Shown piece by piece: positions 50,801 through 62,800 of a stretch of 64,000 nucleotides of DNA. The position numbers and the translations under genes were made by a program. The DNA is taken from the NCBI RefSeq assembly GCF_964355755.1, contig NC_092675.1, positions 26,384,912 to 26,448,911 of the forward strand, written 5' to 3'. The notes beneath the pieces were generated by a model that had not been told where the DNA came from, made no database searches, and saw only the letters and a list, made by a program, of their open reading frames with translations. Source of the stretch: Antedon mediterranea (taxonomy: Eukaryota > Animalia > Echinodermata). Every line of letters begins with the position of its first letter. Within the stretch, counting starts at the first letter, position 1.

Positions 50801-53800
50801 TTCAAAATACTGTAAATGCAGACTCTGCATTGTCAAACTTTTTATATGGCATTTTTTATGAATTCTAATTGAAAAATAACATTTCTTGTTAATATTTAAC
50901 AAATGTCTATGTAATTTTAACATTCTAATCAATTTTTGAATATTATATTATAAACAAATTTTCCCATCCTGCATGATGCTATTGTCCATTAATTTATCAT
51001 TATAATTTTGATGACTGTTCGTTTAGGTTTTGTGAGCTATAAAAAGCAATTTATTCTCCACTGTGTATACATATGGATTAGTGGGGATGGAACTAAATAT
51101 TGCTGATTGAAATTCGTATCAGTATAAGGACTTAAAACGTCAACCTTATTTATAATGCTAATTAGTATACTATATTATAGGGGTATATGACAATGTGTCA
51201 TACAGTAGACTTGTAGTGAAAAACTATCTGACAAAGATTTTATACGTACACATTACCTTATTTATAATGTACAATACTACTGTATTATACTATTTTATCA
51301 TCTACAGTGATCATTCACAGATTTTCTCATCTTATCATTTTAAATTAATTAATTTCCAGTAACTGTATATCACTGGGTAATTTTAGAGTTTGTCTGCATT
51401 AACTTACCGTTATTATTATTAATAATTTAAAAAAACAATACTTATATTTTTACACAATAAATGATCATATTAATTATCAATAAAGCAATTAGATAATAAA
51501 TATAACTAACATATTTTGATATTCAATAAATCCACATTGAAAAAAATTGATTTTATACTAAAAAGTAACATAAAATAATGTCACTTTATTATTAATATAT
51601 TTCATTATTTGTCATGATAAAATTGATATCAGATAATCTGTTAGAATATAATATGTCTGAAATGTATTAAATGATTTATTAATGCCTTTGTTATGTACAT
51701 TGATATTTAAGCATTTCAGCCAACCACCTGCAAGCTTCTATTAAATCTATCTTTTTAGGAATAAACCATATTAACCAATTAATTATCTATTTTCCCTTAA
51801 TGTTTTAGGGCAGATAGAAACCAAGCTTAAAAGCATTTTTTATATATTCATTGCAATTTTTCTTTAAATGGTTATTTAAGAGGGAGGATTTTTTTTAACA
51901 AGGAACAAAAGTAAAATAAAATATGATTGTATTTTGCCTCTTTTCAAAATTTCATAATTTGTTTTATGGCAGGAAGGAATGATTATTATTTGGCTAATAT
52001 TTTATTCTTTTCTTCAATTAACTATAGTATACCTACGTTGAAACATGTTGACAGTATCAATTATCAATTTTTTGTATAAAATAGTTTATAATTCATAGTG
52101 AAAATGTCACTTTTAATGATTGAAGTTTTCTACTTGCCTAACTAAAATAAAACAAATAGTGGAGTAGTATTAAGAATAGCTTTTGATCGGAGTAATTTAC
52201 CTGTTTTTTTGTTTGATAAAGTTGAAAATGTGTCTTTGTTTTAAGCACATACAGTAGGAAGTTTGAATCAGTATTTATTTTTAGAGCTCCATGTCATCCA
52301 GATGAAAGTAGCTGTCAACCCTTATTTCCCTTATATCAAAATAAACATTTAAATGTTCTTTTTTTTTATTTTCCCCTGAAACGTAACAACGGTATGTTAC
52401 AATACAATACTGAAGATCCAAATGACAAATTTTAATACTAATTTAAATCTTTTACTTACTCCACTGTTTACAATACAATTGGTTAAAGTTCATTATGTAT
52501 TAAACTATTTGACATAAGCAATGAAGATAAATGTGTAGTGTCTTCTCTTTCCATTAATTTTATGCTCTTGTTCAACCAAACCTCATTTATTTTTTTATCC
52601 TATAAACACATTGAACAATGGTAAAACATTTTTTTTTAATTAGGCTTTATCAATTATTACTAAAATGTTCATGAAAATTACATGTCTTGTGAGCCATTTG
52701 ATTAAAAACATTTTGTTTAATTTGCACCACTTTGTGTGATAGATTTATTTTTTGTAATATTTTATTGATCCTATTATATAAACACATTGTAAAAATATCT
52801 TAAGAAATAAATTATCAAACTAAAATTGATTTGTCATGAGCACTTATTATTCTTTATGTGACCTACAGCATATTTTATTATATATTTTTAGTCCTACTGT
52901 ACCCTTGTTGATCTGTTTTTGTTTTTCTGTTGTGTACTTTAAAGATTTTAAATATAGAAAATATTATCAAATTGCAATGTGATAAATGTCATGATCACTG
53001 CACTCTTCTGTTTGTCGACCCATGGTTCAATTATTTTTAGCTCTCAATTCAATTGAACTTTCTTTATTTTTATTCAAATGATCTTATATTGAGACATTGT
53101 GTACAAACCATAAGAAAATAAATTAACGAATGTGATTGGTCAATGCATACTGCACTATGTATGTGACCCATGCATTTATTTTAGCTATAACATTATTGAT
53201 TTTTAATCATCCTATATTAAAGATTCAGAATTGTGTATATAACTGGTATTAAAATATTGTAATATTCTTTACAACACTATATTATGTCTTTGTATGGTGT
53301 AAGAATTATTTGAATAAGTACTTTGTCAAAATCAATTATTATAATAATAATATTCATTTATTGTTATGAATTATAACAACGACTGAATTATTTGTAAAAG
53401 GCAAATAGTTATATTTCTAAGGTTTACCGTGGCTTTTTTTAGAGCACATGTTGGATTAAATTAAATCTTTACTACTGTAAACAGGCCTTGTCTTTTTAAA
53501 GTTATAGGTGTGCTACAAATTGCACTCCTCAATACATTCAGGGGTGCTGTAGGTGTGCTGTTTTAGTTTGTGGAAGTTTGCCAAATTTAAGTGTCAAGTC
53601 ACACTCCTCAAGGGCAGTTTAGGAGTGTGTTACTGAATAGGTAAATGATCACACTCGCTCACCTCAAAAGAAAGGCCTGCTGTAATACTGATAACTAGTT
53701 TGGAATTAAAAAACAAAGACCCTTTCCTAAAATCTAAAAATCACATTTTAGTTCTTGTTAACTTAAGCGGTGTTGATGAGCCTAACAATATTTCATTCCT

Positions 53801-56800
53801 GAAGAACTAAGAGATCCATAATATCTCTCCACAAGAAAAGTTTCCGAAATGTCTTGTAATTTAACCAAATCAAATTAATTGTATTGTACTAATGTTTTAA
53901 CTATTGTTTATTCTGCCATTGAAGATCAATACACAGTGTGAACAGTATTCTCATGTTCTGATTATTCTTGTCATATGATAACATTGCAAATTTAATTAGG
54001 TCAATTAATGTTACTAATTAATTTATAACCAACGCTTCATCTTTTACCTATTATTACCTTATCATTCAAGCTGTTATTTCAACACCTTTGACATCACAAT
54101 TTTATTAAATGTTCGAATAATAAAGTTATTGACTTGGGTATTAATTTCCTTTCCTATTCCAAATTCAATCTACTTTACATTTTACAGTCAACTTTAGTAA
54201 TAAAATATATAATAGTAATAGGCATCCCAATGAAATTAAAACAGAACATTTTGGGAAATCAAATATGATTATGTAGTCGTTAATGTCAATAGTAATTTAA
54301 AATAGTATTTATTAATAATATTATTATGATGTTATTATTAATAATTTGTTTTTAAAATAATAATAATAATAATAATAATATTAATAAATTTTTGTCTTTT
54401 GTTTTATCTTTTAGAAAGGGAACACAGCACTGCATATTGCATCTTTAGCTGGACAGTTTGGAATTGTGAAAGTATTAGTCAACTACAGTGCTAATGTAAA
54501 CATACAGTCACAGGTAAGCTTTCATTTTTAAAGACTAAAATATAATGGGTCAGACCTGACCTATTGAAGACCACTCAAAACTGAATTTCCAAGAGCCTAT
54601 AAATGAGAAACTCATACTGTACTTTAAGCTTAAATGCTTGAAGCGTCTCTAGTATAAGCAGGGAGATGTGGTACAAGATAAGTAAACATTAATCGCCTTT
54701 TTATTTTATCTATTTTAGAATGGATTCACACCTCTGTATATGGCAGCTCAGGAGAACCATGTTGATGTTGTGCAGTTTCTCCTAAAAAACGGTGCCAACC
54801 AAAATTTAGCCACTGAGGTTAGTACACTCTTGATGTCAACTGCAATTGGCTACTAACTATACATTATGCGATAAATTGTTTTTCTTTTGTTTTTTTTTAA
54901 CCAACTTGTGTTTTATAATTATCTTTTATTTCAGTTTGTAGGTTTTTAAATTATTATTAAAGCACATTTGTCTGTTTCAACGTGTGCTGAATATGCATAG
55001 TGACATTTAATTTATTCCCTCTCGCAAAACATCAGTGTGTTATCTGACAACATTGACTTTTACTTCACACAATGCATTTAATTGCAGAAGCCATTTGCTA
55101 ACAAGGTTGAGAATGGTATATAGAACATACCTGGTAGAGGTTATAGAATATAGTTTACTCTCCCAAAACCTTTTCTTGCGCAACCAATCAGGGCTCATAA
55201 AATGAGATATGACGCATTCATAAGCATTCATGCGAATCAAAATACTCAGCAGATACGTTTTGAAAATGAAATTTGCAGCTATTCACTCTGTGTAGTGTAC
55301 AGGTTAGCACAATTTTTTTCTCTTCAAACCGTTGTGATTCGTGCCAACAAATGTGCCTAGTGGAAATCACGCTTAAAGGTAAAAACACATTAGAATACCA
55401 GAATTCTGAAAAACCATATAATGCTGGATTTCCACTTTGCTTATTTATTCGCATGAATCAACTGCGTTGACTAAAGGCCGACTCGGACAGCGTCGTACGA
55501 GTCATTTCGTAGAGAGAAATTTAAACATGTTTAAAGCTCTTCCGATGACTTAAAAACTACATCCGACGCTATCTCAAGACGACTCGTCGTATGATGCTGT
55601 CTGAGTCGGCCTTAATGCGTATACATTCCAAACTACTAAATGTGATGTGAAAAAAAATCAGAACATGGGATTTTTGATTTACGCGAATATATTTGCCTAG
55701 TGGAAAACAAGCTTACGGTATTGGGAGAGTTAACTGTAGTAATAAGGAAAAGCAATCTGAACCCGGAAGAAAATAAGAACCCCGCCCACCGCACAACTGC
55801 CTTGTATTTATATGAAACTAGCTACTTGGAGGATATGACATCCTAGCTGTAGGTGAAGTATAAGAACAGCGACAATTGAGGATTGTATATGGATCAAAAC
55901 CACCTTCCATATTATGATTTATAAGACGTTGAGCTATTATTCCATTTAGAACAGGTTTAATTAATGTATCAACATCTTAAACCCTCAAAACCATGCTAAA
56001 TATGTTAAATAGCAATTATGCAGATGTAAAAAGTACAATAAACGCAGATAATAAGAAAGCTATCCTGATATTCTACTGAATATGTTATTCTCGTTTATCA
56101 GTTAATATTATCATTTTAATTTGTTCTGTATAGGATCTTTAGGTTTGCATCGGGGAATTAATTTTTCTCTGATTATTAAAATTATTTTTTTTAATGCTTA
56201 AATTACAATTACTGTACATTCACAAGGATGAAATTTAGAACAAACTCGCTATATATGATTGAATGCCATTTAAAATCAGAAATTAAATCTGCATTTTTTT
56301 AATCAACTTTATGGTGAGATTAAATAATGGTTATTGTTTTGTACTTTACAAAAACATAATAGGATTCAATATTATAAATGTATTTTAAGTTTGTTCTATG
56401 GAAAAAAATTACAATCCAGTCCAATGAAACTGAATGGTGGATCCCACTCATAAATGATATATAATGTATGTAATGTTAAACCTTCTTTTCTAAAATAATA
56501 AATTAATCTAACATAAAATATATTTCAATAACATTTTATTTGGACAAACATACAGTATAAAGTGGCGTTTCCACATTTTATTTGGAAAAACATATAAAGT
56601 GACTTGAGGATTGTATTTGGATAAATTATATATGCTTTTAATTAAACTAATTGATTTAGTTATTTAAGACAGCAAACTTGTTTGAAATCCCTACCAATAT
56701 CTGTAATGCACTTGTCCAAATGCCTAATTTTCACCTCAATGCATTTGTTATGTATTCAAAAGCTTTATGCTAAGTATCACTTGCTTAAACAACATTTTTG

Positions 56801-59800
56801 ACTGAAAATGTTAATATTCAACCCTTAGCACAAATAATATGGAGTTTTGAACCTGTTCACAATATGCAGTATACTCAAATTTTGATGGAACCCTTGCATG
56901 CATATTTGGTGCTAAAAACCTTATATTTATTTTTTATTATTTATTATATGCAATTTATTTTTAATAATTCGTTTCAGGTCAAATTTTTGTCAAGTTTTTT
57001 TGTTATTACTTCAGTAGTCCATAAATTAAACTTTTCTTAGATTTTTTTATTAGAGAGTTTTTGGTTGCATCTTATGGCAAATAAAGTGCAAATGGAATCA
57101 TTTTTAACAGACATCTAAATTTGTTGACAGACCTTAATTGGCTAAACCTTCCAAGTTATAATGATCACTTATCAGGTGCTTCACTAATTATGCTACCAGG
57201 TCCAATCCAAAGCTCCATATTTTTTTAATATATTTGATCATATTGGCAGTAAATTTCATCAGTTAGTTTGCTACTTTAACAATTGGTATACAGATATTAT
57301 TTGCCAAGCCGACTGACCCACAATTCAAGAAAACCTCTAGGGTTTGACTTTTTTTAGCACAAATAAAGCACATTTTACAAGGCATTGGTTATTTAAATTG
57401 CATGCATAAGTGATTTTTTGTATAGCTTTTATTAGAAAGGATGTTAGGATTTTGGCCCAGTATTAGAACTGACCCTGTATTTCAATTGATGCTGTTAAAA
57501 AAATGTTTTAAGCCTTTTTTTTTGGTTTAATTAAGAAAACATTATAAACAGATTTCATATCCTGTCTTTGTGGATCTGGGGGATGACGTTTCCTTCCCCC
57601 AAACAAAGGTTAAATTAAGAATAATTTAACATTTCATTAGCTTTCATCTGGGATTTTGAAAAAAAATCACAAAGACTTCCTTTTTTAGTAAAACTTCCAT
57701 ATACAAAATCAAGATCAGAAATCATAATGAGGCAATGCAAAATTCAAAGTTTCAAACTATAAATAATTATTTTATTGATAAATAATTGATATTTATCAAT
57801 CTAATAATTTTGTTTTTAAACTTAGTAAATGCATGATTCTCAAGTACACTCTATTAGACCTGTAAATATATCCAAATGTTAACTTTGTGAAGTGTTATCC
57901 TATAGTCCACTTTTTAATAATCTTAGACATGTATTGTATTGCATTGAAATCTAAGATCTATCCCTTACAATAATTGGACTCAATATGGCGTCTCTATTTA
58001 TAATGTCACCTAATAGTAGTAGCATTATTATATAGAAAAAAAATATGTTTATATATCTTATATAACTATATTGAGTGTAAATATTCTTTTGTGGGACAGT
58101 AAAATACTGTATCTAGCACTCCTGTATATAAATTTCACGTGCACTTTCTTTCGTTTACTCTACGCTCGCCTTTCTCTCTTCGGGGATATTCCGGATACGT
58201 TGTATGTATCCATTAGGATGGCTTTCGGCCGTTGGACGTGGCAACTCAGCAGGGCCATCATGTTATTGTGGCCTTGCTCTTGGAGTGTCAGCACTCCAAG
58301 CCCACGCCAATGCCGCAACCGCAACAACAGATCTCCCAGTCAGAATCGGAGGTGAGAGGTCGTATGCACGGACTGTTTTATTTTTGTGTCCATGTCGCAC
58401 TATTGTTTTGCCTTATGTCTTCGCTTTGTATGCATGATAGCTGTAGTTTATAAATGTTTGTATCTCTGCAAATATAGATGTTTTGCCATAGTTTATCTGC
58501 TTACTACAATTAAATTTGTGGGGTACAATAACTATACATAAATAGTATTAAATATTATAACATTTTTTGGATGAAGAAAATCAATAATAAAGAAAAAAAT
58601 AAGAGTATGTTGTATTAAATAAATTAATCATAAGCATGTTCTTATAAGATAAAAAATTCCATTTTCAAACTTCAAAGTTATCAGATACTTTGTTTTTGTA
58701 ATTTTTTTCCAATTTAAATAGAGAATATATATTTGCATTTTTTTTTTCTTGCTTGTAGATCATAGCTGACCACATTAATAATCCCTTTATAAATATTGTT
58801 ACTAGATTAATTATCAATTTCTATTAATCTCTTATTTTTCTATTCAAAATTAAGCAAAATTAAGAATTAGAAAGTTCTACCTCTGTCAATTGTAGTTTGT
58901 GTCCACATTACAAACTCATACTGTATTACCAGTATTTAAATATATGTTAGGTCATTATTTTTCTCTTGTCATTCTTTCTGTACGTATTGTTCAGAAATGC
59001 AATCTGTCTTCTTGTGCCTTTGTTTCATTAGTTGATGTTATTGTTATTGACATTTCGTCTGTCATTCTTGCGTATAAACGATGATTGAAGATGTGCATGT
59101 GTTATTATTTCTGTTATTTTTGCCTTGTTTTTGCTTCAAGTTCTCTGTTGTCATTTTGTAATAAATTGAAATAAAAGGTGAATTTGTTTAATAAGTACAT
59201 CATCTGTTGACTCTGCCTACGCAATATTATGCAAAGTAAAGCTATCGTAGACAGAATATGTTGTGAGCGTTGTTTATTTTGTGGTTAAAACGATTGTTAA
59301 AATAACACTATTTGTTGTAGTGTAGTTGAAGTAAAGTGCATGTTTTGCGAAATAGCCAAAGATGCTATTCCTTTCACTGCTATCATTCCTTATGAATAAG
59401 CGACAAACTAAATTTTAGATTCAAACCAAAATGAATAATATAGTATTACATGACACATTATAGAAAGAATACGAAGCAATAATGGATAACAGCCATCCGC
59501 ACATGCTCACAAATCAATTTTCATTGTAGTAGCTTTCATACTGTTATATTGGTTTGTTGTATTGGTGTTGACAGTCATTCATTACAACTTTGAAGTATAC
59601 TTTCGTTTCCTTGTCCGTCATTAAATTTAGATTGAAGAATTTACACTTATTGGAAATGTTATGGATAATTACATAATACATGTTAATGAATATTGGTAAT
59701 TCGCAAGGAAATGTGTTAATTTACGGGAAAAGTGCTTAATTATGCTTATAAGTTTAGTGTGCATAGCTGCTTTATTTTCACCATGTATTCTTTTTTTTTT

Positions 59801-62800
59801 AGCGGCTAAATACACAATGTTTTTTTATAAAATAAGGAAACATACATATTTGTTTCTATATATAATACTCTGAATGGAGAAAATTATTTCTCTAAAAATA
59901 CTTTTTAAATCATATTTCCTTTTTGTAAGTAAACAAGAAGGAGGTAATGCAGATGTAATTCTGAGGAATGATATTTTAAAGACTTAATAGTTTAATCCAT
60001 AATTTTTACTATATAATAATAAATTTGTTTTATTTAATAATATTTTTATCATTTCAATAATCTATAGCATCAATTAGAAACAGAAAATGTCTATTAAACT
60101 TTATATAAGTAAGCTTTATATAAAATAATTTTCCCCTTTTTCTAGGCAGACAGATTTATGGTAAATTTTTCTAATATGATAATAAAAAATAATATATGTT
60201 TGTACTGTCAGTGTCAGATATTACTATTTACTAAAACAGTATTCTTGTTGATACTTTCACTTGTGTCAAACTGAGATTTCAAAGGTTCAGATTTTGTAAA
60301 TGATGTAAATTTCAATCCGACATCCAATCCTTAAAGCTTGAGTCGGTTCTCGTGAGATTCTTAAATGGCCGACAGGATCAGTTTCTACGAGAACGATAAA
60401 TTTGAGTTGAAAACAAAATGGAATTGATTACTGATGATCAAGAGAGAAAAGTATTCTTAACATTTATGGGTTGGTAGTTGGAGGGTGGGGGAAGTAACCA
60501 AATTTATATAGCTCCGAGACCGAATATATTCCCCAACCAAATTCCTAAATCCTTTTCTACAAAACAAAGTACGATATATTTATTCTTATTTGTCTATGAA
60601 CATTACCAGTATATTATTCAAAATATATGTTTCATCTATTTTTTTAAGGTCAAACAAATTTACCAAAACTGACACAAATATATTATCCATAAAGATTTCT
60701 TTCAAATGCTTTCTAAATCTTGTCATAGGGTTAGATCAGTTTCAAATGAAAGTCATATGAGAAGTTTAAAACTATCACGTAAAGCACGTTTTGATGACGC
60801 ATACGTGAAAATGATATTTCTTGCTGCATGAACAAATGGTTACACATTTGCCGTATCCCCTCTGAGAACGTGTGCAGGAAATCAAAGGTCGTTACCCTAA
60901 ATGTCTGATTTCCATTCTTTTCTATCAATTTAATTTGAAAATGGTTTAAGATTAAACAGACAAACAGTCCATGGACAGAGTAGTTCCAACATAGGCCTAC
61001 ATACCTAGATGTCTTAAAGATCGTAGTCCAATACTGTAATCATAAATTTTATAATTTTGATGATTTTAAACAACTAAATGTAAATCGCATGAATTTAAAA
61101 TCTTAAAAAACATTATTGAAATTAACTAAATACATTATTTATAAACACTGAACTTAATGTAGATGTTTCATGCATTTCTCTATTGCTCTTAGCTAGACTT
61201 GATTTTTGCATATTTTTTTACCTTAATTGAAATTCAGTTTTAGCATTGTTTTTCAATATTTGTTCATTTATGTCAATTGTCATACTTATTATTAACAGAA
61301 AATGTCCTTAATAAGTAGTAAGCAAAGTAATGTTAAAAATCCACTATTATTGTAGTGCCCTTGACATAGATGAAACAATTACTTAAATTATTTTTCCATA
61401 AAAAATCTTAATGTAATCATGTTTCTATTTAAAACATGAATCATACTCATGCAACTCAAGATTAATAAATCAGTTTAATAATTTTTAAATTTAGAAGGTT
61501 AAAAGGAAACTATCATTAGATAACAATTGTTTATGTGAATCTTTTTTATCAAAATTTATGTCATAATTTCCGAATAAGATTTTGCAGTTTTCACAGTTCA
61601 GTATCGTTTACTTAAAACATAGCCAACTAGACAACAGTGGTAGTGAAATAGACATGTTAAGTCATTTTCATAACCCAAATTAATGTTATTATAGGTTATT
61701 CAAGATTTATGTTTACTAGATATTTTTTATTCAATAAAATGAACACATATAATTTTATGTGGAGAATTCAGTGGTTTATCCGAATATAGTATAGATTATT
61801 AAAAAAGTGTGTGTATTTGTACTATAGGTACTGAATGATTGAAGAGTATTTGATCAAGCAATGAAGTCTGTGTATATCTTTGTTTATGTCACGGTTATTT
61901 ATTTGCTCATATATATTTATCAATTTCAGGATGGGTTTACCCCTCTTGCTGTAGCCCTTCAGCAGGGTCATGACAAAGTTGTTGCGGTACTACTTGAAAA
62001 TGACCGGGCTGGTAAGACTCGTCTACCTGCTCTACACATCGCAGCCAGAAAGGATGATTCTAAAGCAGCTGCACTGCTTCTTCAAAACAAACATGACCCA
62101 GACGTGACATCAAAGGTATTATTTTACGATGATGCTAAAAAAAATAAAAAGGCAGCCTAAACAATTTTTCAGAGACAAACCTTTGGTCAGATGCGTTGTA
62201 TTATAGTTGTCCCAACATTTTGATGGCGCTAGTAATTCTATTAAGCTCAGTCTACAGTATCAAACTACTGTAGTTTGACAAAAAAAGTTTGATGTGCCCA
62301 ATATGGTAATGATATACCCAAATATGGTAGTGATATGACATCATCATGCCGATATATGGGCACATTAAATTTTGTTGTCACATTAGATAGTGTAGACAGA
62401 GTTTTAAACTAATGCTCCAGAAGCTATAGCAAAGCCACAGACTTGGTCAACATTCTAATTCTTAATATGCATTCCTAAAACCAGATATGACTTTAGTCTG
62501 GCGAGGATGTCCAATTTTATTGGGAGTGTGGTGTGATTTTATTTAAGATTTTCTAAACAACTTGCCCTAGTGAATTTGAGATTAATCCTATGCTATGATG
62601 ATAGAAGAATTGGATTGGTAAAAAATGTAATCTATCCCCATCATCCTGGTAACAACTACTATAAAAGAAATGTTTGGTGACTCTCAGAACAGCATTTAAT
62701 GTGTTTTAGATAATTACTGTACTCTGTTCCAGATATGAATTAACTTTTATAACACCTTTTATGTACTTGTTTTCAGAGTGGTTTCACGCCTCTACATATA

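Noticed and set aside
58071-58437. Two alternative-frame ORFs over the duplicated exon
   Set aside because: Only the [14 protein letters not shown] frame has ankyrin similarity; the others are open because of local GC richness.
59803-59835. Possible terminal exon [10 protein letters not shown] after a T-run AG
   Set aside because: The only support is a poly-T/AG, which is common in this AT-rich intron.
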